DNA of 64,000 nucleotides, taken from the NCBI GenBank assembly GCA_021813445.1, contig JAKAKP010000140.1, forward strand, positions 1,280 through 65,279. The letters are read 5' to 3'. This document shows positions 34,986 through 43,794 of this stretch, in pieces. How positions within the stretch are numbered: the stretch's first letter is position 1; every line of letters begins with the position of its first letter. A program made the translations under genes and the position numbers. The stretch comes from Deltaproteobacteria bacterium. GTDB taxonomy: Bacteria > Desulfobacterota > Desulfobaccia > Desulfobaccales > 0-14-0-80-60-11. The notes beneath the pieces were generated by a model, which saw only the letters and a program-made list of their open reading frames with translations, was not told the origin of the DNA and did no database searches.

Positions 34986-35909
34986 TCACCCAGTTGCCTT
35001 TCCCGCCTCTTCCTCCGGGACGGCCCGGATGGCATGGGAGGGGCAGGAGGTCATGCAGATGAGGCAGCCCTTGCAGTGCTCGTAGTCGATCTGCGGGAAG
35101 CCTTCTTCATTAACCCTGATGGTGCTGTCCGGGCACAGGGTGCTGCAGATCCAGGCGCAGCGACGGCAGCGTTCGTAGTCGATCACCGGCCGCACCGTGC
35201 GCCACAGGCCGGTGGGCACCATCTCGCTGCTGGCCGGGGCGAAAATGTCAGGGGCTGCGAGATTGGCGGCGTCAAAGGGCAGATCGATCCAGCGGGGTTT
35301 TTCGTAAGTGTCCGCGGGCGTCTCCGGGATTTCGGCGACGCAGCCGGCGTGCTCCGCCAGGAGATCATAGGCCTCCAGGGCCACTTCCTGGTCCCGGGCC
35401 ACCACGGCTGCCCCCAGGTGGGCCAGTTCGTCCCGGATGGCCTGGGCCAGGCAGTCACGGGGAATAACCCCCACCAGCCGGGCCGCAGCCCCGGCGCAGG
35501 CCGCGCCGATAAAGCGCAATTCATGGGGGTCGGTGAGGGTCCCGGAGCGGGGCAGGGTGATGACCGGTCCGGCAAGGTTGAGTCTCTGCCGCCAGACTTC
35601 GGGGGTTTCGGCGCTGCTGATGAGGAGCACCGTCCTCGCGGTGATTCCCGCCAGCACCCCGGCCGCGGGGATGGCCACCAGGGTCTCGTCCGCGACGATG
35701 ATCAGATCGGGCCGGCGGATAATGCCCCGCTCATTGATGGGGGTCCGGGAGGCCCGGACATAGGCGAAGATGGGTGCGCCCCGGCGCTCCGCGCCATAGC
35801 GGGGGGCATCCTGGACTTCGAAACCGGCGAGGAAAAAGGCGGCGCCCAAGATGCGGCTGGCGGTCTTCATGCCCTGGCCGCCCCGGCCGTGGAAACGGAG
35901 GCGATACAT
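34986..35909 (-). CDS. 2-oxoacid:ferredoxin oxidoreductase, fused gamma-delta (ferredoxin) subunit
   Basis: Gamma motif FHGRGGQGMKTASRILG at the N-terminus, and two Cys clusters (CRRCAWICSTLCP, CKGCLICMTSCP) at the C-terminus. Confidence 0.9.
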   Translation of the reverse strand: MYRLRFHGRGGQGMKTASRILGAAFFLAGFEVQDAPRYGAERRGAPIFAYVRASRTPINERGIIRRPDLIIVADETLVAIPAAGVLAGITARTVLLISSAETPEVWRQRLNLAGPVITLPRSGTLTDPHELRFIGAACAGAAARLVGVIPRDCLAQAIRDELAHLGAAVVARDQEVALEAYDLLAEHAGCVAEIPETPADTYEKPRWIDLPFDAANLAAPDIFAPASSEMVPTGLWRTVRPVIDYERCRRCAWICSTLCPDSTIRVNEEGFPQIDYEHCKGCLICMTSCPSHAIRAVPEEEAGKATG

Positions 35910-35937
35910 GGCGCCCTCCCTGAGGGTGTTGCGCTGA

Positions 35938-37074
35938 TTAGAAAATTGACCAGCGCTTATAGGACATGGCTTTTTTCACCCGCTGCCCTGCGAAATTCAA
36001 GGCCGCTTGCCGGGGCAGGATATTTTTTGCCTTCGCTTCGTCCAACACCAGGCGGGTATTATGGCGCAGCTTTTCTTTAATGGCAGTAAAGACCTCATCC
36101 TGGCTTGCACCCCGGTATTCCATGGCCGCGCAGATCACCCCGCCGGCGTTGGCGATGAAATCCGGCACACACAGGACGCCCCAGTCATGCAGGTCTTGTT
36201 CCGCCTCGGCGGTAACGGGAATATTGGCGCCCTGGACCACCAGCTTGGCCCGGAGCCGGCGCACGTTCTCCTTATTGATCACATCCGGGCGGGCCGCGGG
36301 AATCCAGATGTCGCAGTCGAAGTCCACTACTTCCTCCCGCGCCTGCTTCCGGCCGTGGCGATAATCGGCCACGCTCCCGCTGGCTTCCTTCAACTTCCAG
36401 AGTGCGTCCACATCGAGGCCATCCGGATTATAGACCGCGCCCCGGGAATCGGACACCCCCACCGTCACGGCCCCCTGTGCGGCCAGAAAACGAGCGGCGT
36501 GTTTACCCACCGCGCCGAAGCCCTGAATTACCACCCGGGCATTTTTCAGTTGCAGGCCACAGTAAGCCGCGGCGATCTCCGCGGCCTGACACAGCCCCCA
36601 GCCGGTGGCGCCGATTTCGTCCAGGGGGATGCCGCCGATTGCCTCCGGCAGCCCCGCCGCCCGGCCTATTTCGTCTTTGACCCAGGCCATGCATTCCTCG
36701 TCCGTGCCCATGTCCGGGGCCAGGATATATTCCTGCACCTCCCGTAAGGAACAGGCCAGGGCCCGAATCAGGCGCTCCTTATCCGCTTTGGGCATATTCG
36801 GGTCGCCGTAGAGCACCACCTTGCCGCCCCCGTGGGCCAAGCCCGCGGCCGCGTTTTTCAGGGTCATGGCCCGGGCTAAACGAAAACACTCCTCCGTGGT
36901 GACATCCGGGGCCATGCGCACGCCCCCCAGTGCCGGCCCCAGGGCCACGTTATCCACCACCAGCACCGCTCTCAGGTTGATGGCGGGTTCATAGACGTGA
37001 ATAATTTTCGCCGGCCCCAAATCATCAGCAAATTTAAAAGGATCAGCCATGAGAGCTCTCTCGTTTTCTGCCAA
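35938..37074 (-). CDS. Glu/Leu/Phe/Val-family amino-acid dehydrogenase
   Basis: ...GPALGGVRMAP..., catalytic-Lys region AGLAHGGGKVVL, and NAD fold VVIQGFGAVGKHAA. 378 aa. Confidence 0.9.
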   Translation of the reverse strand: MAENERALMADPFKFADDLGPAKIIHVYEPAINLRAVLVVDNVALGPALGGVRMAPDVTTEECFRLARAMTLKNAAAGLAHGGGKVVLYGDPNMPKADKERLIRALACSLREVQEYILAPDMGTDEECMAWVKDEIGRAAGLPEAIGGIPLDEIGATGWGLCQAAEIAAAYCGLQLKNARVVIQGFGAVGKHAARFLAAQGAVTVGVSDSRGAVYNPDGLDVDALWKLKEASGSVADYRHGRKQAREEVVDFDCDIWIPAARPDVINKENVRRLRAKLVVQGANIPVTAEAEQDLHDWGVLCVPDFIANAGGVICAAMEYRGASQDEVFTAIKEKLRHNTRLVLDEAKAKNILPRQAALNFAGQRVKKAMSYKRWSIF

Positions 37075-37177
37075 TTATAAGGGATTCGACGGAGAATGAC
37101 GAGGAAGGATTGACGGGACGGCGGCTTTTATCTTTCAGCCCGGCCAGCATGAGTCCAACAGTGGGCCTTTTTCTTGC

Positions 37178-37654
37178 TCAGGATTTATTCTTCCCAGACT
37201 TTTGCAGCATCTTTTGGGCCCAATTACCCATGACCATGAGAAACTGCCCTTGCTGCACCGGCGTCATCAGGGCCAGGGCCTCATCCCGTTCCATTTTAAT
37301 GGAGGTGAAAAGCTTATCCTGGGCAGAGTTGGTGGCGCTAACCAAATTCTTAATCTTCTCTTCATCCGGTGTGGCTACGGCCAAGGCGGCTTGCATATCT
37401 CCCCGGCATTTCTGCAGGTCGGCCATAATGCTTTGGCGCTCTTTGGCATACTTTTGGTTCAAGGCCAGCAAGGCCGCTTCCTTCTCCGGGCCAAGCTTTA
37501 AGTCATGAAAGTCTTTCGCTATTTTTATCTGGTCTTTCAGGCCCTGCCAGCTCCATTCCTTGGCCTGCGCCAGATGCAGAAAAGGCAGCAGGAACAGCAT
37601 GTTCCCAATTATCCCCAGCGCTACAAACCTGGCATTTAATTTAGTTTTCATCAC
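37178..37654 (-). CDS. Periplasmic Spy/CpxP-like (LTxxQ-motif) protein
   Basis: Signal peptide, helical K/E/A-rich body, and the LTxxQ-like motif LMTPVQQGQF. Confidence 0.6.
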   Translation of the reverse strand: MMKTKLNARFVALGIIGNMLFLLPFLHLAQAKEWSWQGLKDQIKIAKDFHDLKLGPEKEAALLALNQKYAKERQSIMADLQKCRGDMQAALAVATPDEEKIKNLVSATNSAQDKLFTSIKMERDEALALMTPVQQGQFLMVMGNWAQKMLQKSGKNKS

Positions 37655-37856
37655 GGCCGTCCTTTGGCAAAGTAGTGGGCGCGGACTTTAGATACTGTTT
37701 CCGCTTTTCTCTAGAAAAACCTGGGCAATAAAAAACCGGCGCGACCGCGCAAATTTTTTTAAGCCTAAAAGAACCTTTTGCAAAATGCTTACTTAATCGT
37801 AAAAATTCTCCGCGAATTCTCTGCGTCCTCTGCGTCTGGCGGTGAATTTCCTACTT

Positions 37857-39095
37857 TTAGGCCAACATCTCCGCGGCCTCGCGCATGAACGCGGTGATGG
37901 CCAGTCCCTGGGGGCAGGCCCGCTCCGCCCGGGAGAAGTCCACCGAGGTTAACCGCTGCCGCACCTCCGCGGGCAACCCGGCAAAGGTCAGCCGGGCCAG
38001 TTCCGGCTCGCCGTAATAATGGTGGTACATGAGACAGCGCATGACCTCATTGACCGGCACGGCCCCGCCCACCGCATCCTGGCAGATCTGGCCGCAGCCG
38101 GCGCAATAGCCGGCCTGGGTCTCCAGGGCGTAGCGGCGCAAGGCTTCCACTTCCCCCCGGGTCAGCTTGGTCTGATCCCGGGCCGCGGCCACGTTGGCTG
38201 CGAGAATGGTCAAGTTGGGCATCTGCACGCAGATGCTGGCGATTTGGGGATTTTCCCAGATGAGTTTGATCTTGGCCTGCTTGTCGGTGAAGCCCCGCTT
38301 GAGGAAGCGCTCCACCAGCTCCAACTTGACCTCGCCGCCGATCTCATGCTTCCCCGGCCTGCCGGCCTGGGACTTCATGGCCACCAGGCCCACTCCCGCC
38401 TTCTCGCAGGCGTTTACGGCTTCTTTCATCTTGGGGTTATACATGACCTGGAAGTTGTAAGTAAACATCACCGCGTCGATCCAGTCCCGCTGGGCCGCGC
38501 CCAGGAGACAGTCTTCCATGTTGGTGTGGGTGCTGAAGCCGAAGAACTTGATCTTGCCGGCCTTTTTCATCTCTCCGGCCCAATCCTTGGTGGCCGGAGT
38601 CAACTCGTCGATGGCCGTAAGGCCATGCATGAAGAACAGGTCCACATAATCCGTCTGCAGCCTCTGCAGACATTTATCCAATTGAGCGCTTAAGTTGGGC
38701 TCTTTGGCCTTGAGCTTGGTTACCAGGAAGATGTCCTTGCGGGCCCCGGGGTTGCGGGCGAAGAAACGGCCCATGCCCTCTTCGCTCAGGCCATTGCCGT
38801 AAGCCTGGGCCGTGTCCCAATAGGTGACCCCCCATTTCCGGGCCTGCTTCAGGAGCAACTGGTTGTTGATGGTGTCAAACATGCCCCCCAGACAGAGAGT
38901 GGACACCTCCACGCCGGTCTTGCCCAGTTTGCCCCTGGGCATGCCCTGATTCTGGGCTTTGACCGGAGCGGGCGGCGGTTCCGGGGTGGCCAGGGCGCCG
39001 GTCACTCCGGCCCCGGCCGCGGCCAGGCCCGCCAGGCCCACGGTGGTGACGAACTCTCTGCGGGTCAAGTCGTTACCTTTGGTCTTCCGACTCAT
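37857..39095 (-). CDS. Tat-exported aldo/keto reductase with C-terminal Cys cluster
   Basis: Twin-arginine signal LTRREFVTTVGLAGLAAAGAG. AKR core (...GVTYWDTAQAYGNGLSEE...). C-terminal CAGCGQIC...C...CPQG. Confidence 0.85.
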   Translation of the reverse strand: MSRKTKGNDLTRREFVTTVGLAGLAAAGAGVTGALATPEPPPAPVKAQNQGMPRGKLGKTGVEVSTLCLGGMFDTINNQLLLKQARKWGVTYWDTAQAYGNGLSEEGMGRFFARNPGARKDIFLVTKLKAKEPNLSAQLDKCLQRLQTDYVDLFFMHGLTAIDELTPATKDWAGEMKKAGKIKFFGFSTHTNMEDCLLGAAQRDWIDAVMFTYNFQVMYNPKMKEAVNACEKAGVGLVAMKSQAGRPGKHEIGGEVKLELVERFLKRGFTDKQAKIKLIWENPQIASICVQMPNLTILAANVAAARDQTKLTRGEVEALRRYALETQAGYCAGCGQICQDAVGGAVPVNEVMRCLMYHHYYGEPELARLTFAGLPAEVRQRLTSVDFSRAERACPQGLAITAFMREAAEMLA

Positions 39096-39315
39096 ATTGA
39101 CGTCCTCCTAGTGATTTGCAGCGATATGCGTCCTGATACAATTCTTAATCTGGTCCCAAGCTCCCGCTTGGTAACCCAGGGGAAGAAAAAGCTGCTGCTA
39201 TTTTATCAGCCCTCCAGTGGCGAAGCCGGAGCTTCGCCCCCAATTGCGTCCCCCGCAAAGCTTGGGAATGAGCCATTCATGTTCCAAAGTGAACACCCAG
39301 AACCATGAAAGGAGT

Positions 39316-39373
39316 GGTGGGGCGGGCCTCCGTGCCCGCCAAGCGCTCGGCGGGCACGGAGGCCCGCCCCACC
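39316..39373. repeat. Perfect palindrome with 25-bp arms
   Basis: GGTGGGGCGGGCCTCCGTGCCCGCC-aagcgctc-GGCGGGCACGGAGGCCCGCCCCACC, verified base by base. It lies between the AKR and polyferredoxin genes. Confidence 0.8.
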
Positions 39374-39441
39374 ATCAACTGGTTTCCAAAGGAGCCTCTT
39401 CTCATCTTTTCGGCGCTTGAGGAGAGCTACGAAGGACACTT

Positions 39442-41241
39442 TCAGAGAATCGTAGCGGGCGTCTCACCCGCCCGGTAATCCACACAAGCCTGTGCCACCG
39501 TCCCATCATCAATCAGCATCCGCCCCGGCCGGGAGCGGGATTCGTTCTCGGCGAAAACCCGGATGGCCCGCTGGCCCGAAACCGGGCATTCGTGTTCGCA
39601 CATGCCGCAGCCGATGCAACGGGCCGGGTCCACGAAGGGGCGCAGCAGCCGCACCACGATATCTATCTTGCCCCCCGCGGCTTCCAGGGCCTCGGTGGTC
39701 ACGGGGCGCTCCAGGGTCAGCCCGGTGCCCGCCAGGCCGGTGATGCGTTTCAGCGCCGTTTCCGGCGCCCCCGTAGGCCGCAGGTAGTAGTCGCCGCTGA
39801 TCAAGTTGGCATGGGCGGGGAAAGCGGCCTCCAAGACCACCACCTGCCCCTGGATTTTGGCCGGTAGCCTCTGGCCGTCCCGGATGGTCTCAAACACGGT
39901 GCGGGTGAAGATGGCCTTGGGGCTCACCGGGCACAATTCATGGCAGACCAGGCAGGGCCGGTCCATGGCCCAGGGGAGACAGCGGCCCCGGTCCACAAAG
40001 GCCGTGCCCATGCGGATGGGCCCCTGGCGGGCGAACTCGCCGGAGCCCTGCTTCTCTTCCAGGCTCAAAGGGCGGATGGCCGCGGTGGGGCAGACCTGGC
40101 CGCAGGCGATGCAGTTGGGGAGGCAGCCGCTGCGGCCGCCGCGGTAGTTTACCGCCGGGGTCCACAGGCCCTCGAGGCCCGCCTCCAGGAGCGCGGGCTG
40201 GATGATGTTGCCGGGGCAGATGCGCATGCACTGGCCGCAACGCAGACAGCGGGCCAGAAAGCGCTCCTCGTCCAGGGCCCCCGGGGGCCGGATCAGGTGG
40301 GGGTTGCGGTTGGCCCCGGCCAGGCCGCCGAGGCCCCACATGGAGGTCAAAATCAGTCCGGTCCCGGCCGCGACAAAGCCGCGGCGGGACAGATCCGGCA
40401 GCCCCGCCTCTCCCGCGGCCGAGGGTTTGGCGGCGAAGGTGAGGCGGTCCGCGGGGCAGCGGTCCAGGCAGTTGAAGCACAAGACGCACTCGCCGCTGAT
40501 GATTTTGCCCGAGGGCCGGCAGGCCCCTTCGCAGTATTGCTCACAGATGCGGCAATCGCCGCAGCGGTCCGAGGTCTTGCCCAGGCGCCAGGGGGTGAAG
40601 CGGCTCAAAAGCCCGAAGAGCGCGCCCAGGGGGCAGAGGAAGCGGCAGAAGAAGCGGGGCAGGACCAGGTTCAGCCCTATCACTCCCAGAAAGATAACCC
40701 CCAGCAGCCAGGCCGAGGCATAAGAGCGGGGCGCGTCGCTGAGCAGCCCCAGGCGGTTGTCCGCCAGGGGGGCCAGGGCCAGATTGACGCTGCGGTGGAT
40801 CAGGGGCAGGGGGTCGAAGACCCCGGTCTGCACCGAACCCATGACGGCCAGGGCCAGCAGAAAGGCCAGGAGGTAGTATTTCAGGGCCTGGGAGCGGCGG
40901 TGGCGATTGGCCTCCACCCGGCCGTCCGGCTCCTGCCGCAGATTCCCTAACCAGCCGGTGAACTGGTTGAGCGCCCCCAGGGGACAGGCAAAGCCGCAAA
41001 AGAAGCGGCCCACGAACAGGGTGATGGCAATGGTGACCAAAGCCCAGAAGAGGTTTTGGTATAGCGTGCCGGTGGCCAGGACCGTGGCCAGGGCGGTGAG
41101 GGGGTCCAGCTCCAGAATCCAGTTGATGGGCCAGCCCCGCAATTGCCACCACCTGGCGCCCACGGTGGCGGTGATGCAAAACCACAGGAAGAGGGCGAAG
41201 AAAAAGATTTGGCTGAGGCGGCGGACGGTGACGATGCGCAT
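39442..41241 (-). CDS. Membrane-bound polyferredoxin (NapH/MauN-like N-terminus plus multiple 4Fe-4S domains)
   Basis: N-terminal TM helices with GFACPLGAL and RFLCPLGAL motifs. The CxxCxxCxxxCP-type clusters seen are CGDCRICEQYC, CVLCFNCLDRCP, CLRCGQCMRICP, CIACGQVCP, CLVCHELCP and CIGCGMCEHECP. Confidence 0.85.
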   Translation of the reverse strand: MRIVTVRRLSQIFFFALFLWFCITATVGARWWQLRGWPINWILELDPLTALATVLATGTLYQNLFWALVTIAITLFVGRFFCGFACPLGALNQFTGWLGNLRQEPDGRVEANRHRRSQALKYYLLAFLLALAVMGSVQTGVFDPLPLIHRSVNLALAPLADNRLGLLSDAPRSYASAWLLGVIFLGVIGLNLVLPRFFCRFLCPLGALFGLLSRFTPWRLGKTSDRCGDCRICEQYCEGACRPSGKIISGECVLCFNCLDRCPADRLTFAAKPSAAGEAGLPDLSRRGFVAAGTGLILTSMWGLGGLAGANRNPHLIRPPGALDEERFLARCLRCGQCMRICPGNIIQPALLEAGLEGLWTPAVNYRGGRSGCLPNCIACGQVCPTAAIRPLSLEEKQGSGEFARQGPIRMGTAFVDRGRCLPWAMDRPCLVCHELCPVSPKAIFTRTVFETIRDGQRLPAKIQGQVVVLEAAFPAHANLISGDYYLRPTGAPETALKRITGLAGTGLTLERPVTTEALEAAGGKIDIVVRLLRPFVDPARCIGCGMCEHECPVSGQRAIRVFAENESRSRPGRMLIDDGTVAQACVDYRAGETPATIL

Positions 41242-41278
41242 GAGGGTAGCCCGTTATCGGTTACTCCGATCCATTTTT

Positions 41279-41400
41279 ATACCAAGTCGCAATCAAACGG
41301 GAGTCAAACTGTAGGGGCGAACCTTGTGTTCGCCCGCCACACGGGGCGAATACAAGATTCGCCCCTACAGAAAAATTGTCGTTTGATAGCGATTTGGTAT
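41279..41400. repeat. Family B nested inverted-repeat element (copy B3)
   Basis: The outer arms are ATACCAAGTCGCAATCAAACGG ... CGTTTGATAGCGATTTGGTAT. The inner hairpins match B1. It is located between two co-oriented genes. Confidence 0.75.
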
Positions 41401-41499
41401 TAGTCACTGCCAAAAAGTCTTTCGAGGGCCCAGATTTGGGCGGGTTTTTCCCGGCACCGCCGGGATAGGCCCTACCCCCAGCGAACTCAGAATTAAGGC

Positions 41500-42495
41500 T
41501 CATAGTTTTAGCGGCTTAAACTTGGTGCCCAGCACCACGGGATTGAGGCTGCGGTAATCCGCCTGCCCCGCGCCCGCTTTCGCAGCCATCTGGATATAGG
41601 GAATCTCGGCCAGAGTGTGCCCCAAAAGCTCCAGGCCCACCGCGTCCGCGGCCACGGGGTCGGTGGAGATCACCATGGTGCCGGTGTCTTTCAGATCGGA
41701 CAGCGACCCGCCGGTGGGGCCGTTGGTCACCATGGACACCGTGCCGTCCAGGACGCACAGGGTGGGTTTGAGCAGTTGCGCCAGCTCGGTGATGATGCCG
41801 TTGATGTCCTGATGGAAGACGTTGCGCCGCCCCCCCAGAAAGCCGTAAAGATTCTTCAGGGTCATAGAGGCCCCGGCCCGTTGGTGGTCCTTGACCGGGG
41901 AGACGATAATGACCTTCGTCACGCCCTGGAAGGCTCCCGCCATGACCGGCCAGTTCTGGATCAGCCTGCCCCCGGGCAGGCTCAGGGGGGCAAAGAGGGC
42001 CAGCCGGGGCGGGATGATCCGGGCGCCGCTGGCCCGGGCCGCCTGGGCCAGGCCGGTGATCTCGAAACAGCTATCCGGGTTGTTGATGGGGTTGTCGGTA
42101 ATCAGCACCTGGGCCGCACCGGCCTTGAAGCACAGGTCCGCCACCGCGGCCAGGGTCTCCGGGTGGGTGGTGGCCCCCAGGGAGGCCGGGGTGGCGAACG
42201 CGGCGTTGACCTTGAGGAGCACCCGGTCGCCCTTGTGGATGAAAGCCGCCATGCCGCCAAGGGCCTTGACGCCCTTATCCACCAGCAAGACCCGGTCCGA
42301 GCCCCTGACGATGGCCATCTGCGCCGCGCCCGGGGCTCGGCCCTTGGCGGTGAAATCCCCCAACCCGGCCAGGGCCTTTGGTCCTTCGGAGGACGCGGGA
42401 CCTTTGGCGTCATGCAGGGCATACCCCAGGCCGCCTGCGGCCAGGGCCAGGGCGGAGGCATAGCCCACCCGCTTGAGGAAATCCCGGCGGTTCAT
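41500..42495 (-). CDS. Tat-signal DUF362-domain protein
   Basis: MNRRDFLKRVGYASALALAAGGLGYA twin-arginine signal at the ATG at 42495. The body (...GDRVLLKVNAAFATP...VSPVKDHQRAG...) is typical of DUF362 as I recall it. Confidence 0.7.
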   Translation of the reverse strand: MNRRDFLKRVGYASALALAAGGLGYALHDAKGPASSEGPKALAGLGDFTAKGRAPGAAQMAIVRGSDRVLLVDKGVKALGGMAAFIHKGDRVLLKVNAAFATPASLGATTHPETLAAVADLCFKAGAAQVLITDNPINNPDSCFEITGLAQAARASGARIIPPRLALFAPLSLPGGRLIQNWPVMAGAFQGVTKVIIVSPVKDHQRAGASMTLKNLYGFLGGRRNVFHQDINGIITELAQLLKPTLCVLDGTVSMVTNGPTGGSLSDLKDTGTMVISTDPVAADAVGLELLGHTLAEIPYIQMAAKAGAGQADYRSLNPVVLGTKFKPLKL

Positions 42496-42570
42496 CTCCC
42501 CGGCTTCTGGAACGCCGTCTTTTATCTTCGCTGGCAACTAATTGCCTCTGGTTGTCTCATGGTTATTAAG

Positions 42571-42653
42571 TCCCCCTTTGTTAAAGGGGGATTTAGGGGG
42601 ATTAGCGAGCGCCTATTAATCCCCCCTGCCCCCCTTTGGGAAAGGGGGAAAAA
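42571..42653. repeat. Family D palindromic elements (CCCCCTTTG-N-AAAGGGGG + GGGGGATT)
   Basis: TCCCCCTTTGTTAAAGGGGGATTTAGGGGGATT and AATCCCCCCTGCCCCCCTTTGGGAAAGGGGGAAAAAG. A related copy lies at 29927-29960. Confidence 0.6.
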
Positions 42654-42765
42654 GATTAGTTGTAAGATTCAAGGCGATGACCAGGGCTCCCTTTGGCAGC
42701 CGCAAGCTTGAGGTTGCGCGGGCTCAGGCTGGAAAGCCTGGGCCACCTTCAGCCATGGGCCAACT

Positions 42766-43773
42766 TTACGGCTTTTCCTGCAGTTTGAGCCGCAACTTGC
42801 CCGCCAGTTCCAAAGCCGCGGCCAGGGAAGTGGCGTCATGCACCCCGGCCATGGTCCGCGCCTGGACAAAGACTATTTCGAAGGAGTTATCCAGGACGAG
42901 CACCTGGGTCTCCGCCGGGGCCTCCGGGGCCTGGACCTTCTGGTAACCGTTGGCCGCCAAAAAATCGAGGTAACGCCTGGCGTCCACCTGGGCCGCGGCC
43001 GGGGTCTCCCGCGGGGCGAAAAAGGCCGTGGCCTTGCCGTTCTTCAGAGTGTATTCCCCGGTGTAGATATTATCTAAACCCTCACAACCGAAAGAATTGG
43101 CGCTGCACAGACGCACCGTGTCCGGGGCCAGGCCTTCTTTAGGAAAAGGTACGGCCAGGGCTGGAGCTTCACCCGCGGCCGCGGGAATTTTGGCCAGGAG
43201 CGCGGTGGCGTAAGCCTCCAGGGAATTCTGTAAGCCCGCCGCAGCCTTATCGGCCACGATCTCCGCATAAAACCGCCCCCGGGTGAAAAACAGGGCGTTG
43301 GCAGTGGCATAGGCGTTGGCGGTGAGAAGGATATTGGCGGCGCCCGGGCGGCGTTGCCCGCTGAACACGGCGAAGGCGTGGGGGGGCGCGCCCATATCGT
43401 AGAGAAAGGTCTCCACGCGGGTGTTCCCGGCCAAGCCGAAACTGCGGCAGGACATTTCTTTAAATCCCGCGGATAGATAGAGCTCGGCCTTGCCGTCGAT
43501 CTTGTCGGAGAGGTTTTCCGGGCCGAAGCTCTCCGGGGGAGTCAGGGGTGTAAAGCCTTCCACCTCGGGGAGGAGTGCGGCCGTGGCCTTAAGGACGGAG
43601 CCGCTCGCGGCCTGGGGCCGGCCCTGGATCGGGACGCGCAGGGCTACGTCCACCGCGGGATTGAAGCGGGATTGCTGCACCAGCAGCCAGACCGCGATCA
43701 GGCCCAGCAGCGCCAGAACGCCGAAGCTGACCACTCTTTGGGTAGGACCCACCTTGGTTTTAGCCCATGCCAT
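42766..43773 (-). CDS. Membrane-anchored/exported hypothetical protein (335 aa)
   Basis: N-terminal TM/signal anchor VVSFGVLALLGLIAVWLLV and normal coding composition. No family recognised with confidence. Confidence 0.6.
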   Translation of the reverse strand: MAWAKTKVGPTQRVVSFGVLALLGLIAVWLLVQQSRFNPAVDVALRVPIQGRPQAASGSVLKATAALLPEVEGFTPLTPPESFGPENLSDKIDGKAELYLSAGFKEMSCRSFGLAGNTRVETFLYDMGAPPHAFAVFSGQRRPGAANILLTANAYATANALFFTRGRFYAEIVADKAAAGLQNSLEAYATALLAKIPAAAGEAPALAVPFPKEGLAPDTVRLCSANSFGCEGLDNIYTGEYTLKNGKATAFFAPRETPAAAQVDARRYLDFLAANGYQKVQAPEAPAETQVLVLDNSFEIVFVQARTMAGVHDATSLAAALELAGKLRLKLQEKP

Positions 43774-43794
43774 AAATCTTCCGCGGCCCTCCGC

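Noticed and set aside
34947-36080. 377-aa plus-strand ORF, with similar cases at 22974-24095, 27680-28330, 30086-30943, 39940-40950, 41617-42711, 46475-47266, 47212-48048, 51757-52767 and (minus strand) 59002-60009, 60134-60733 and 63321-63911.
   Set aside because: All are stop-poor antisense or off-frame readings of GC-rich genes with strongly recognisable products on the other strand or frame. The compositions are dominated by G/R/P/A and carry no motifs.
41143-41503. ORFs containing GANLVFA / GRIQDSPLQ, also at 22492-22804 and 28426-28863, and the GGPPHH-containing ORFs at 39206-39439.
   Set aside because: They read through family B elements or the 39.3-kb palindrome. Mirror-image ORFs on both strands are typical of palindromic repeats.
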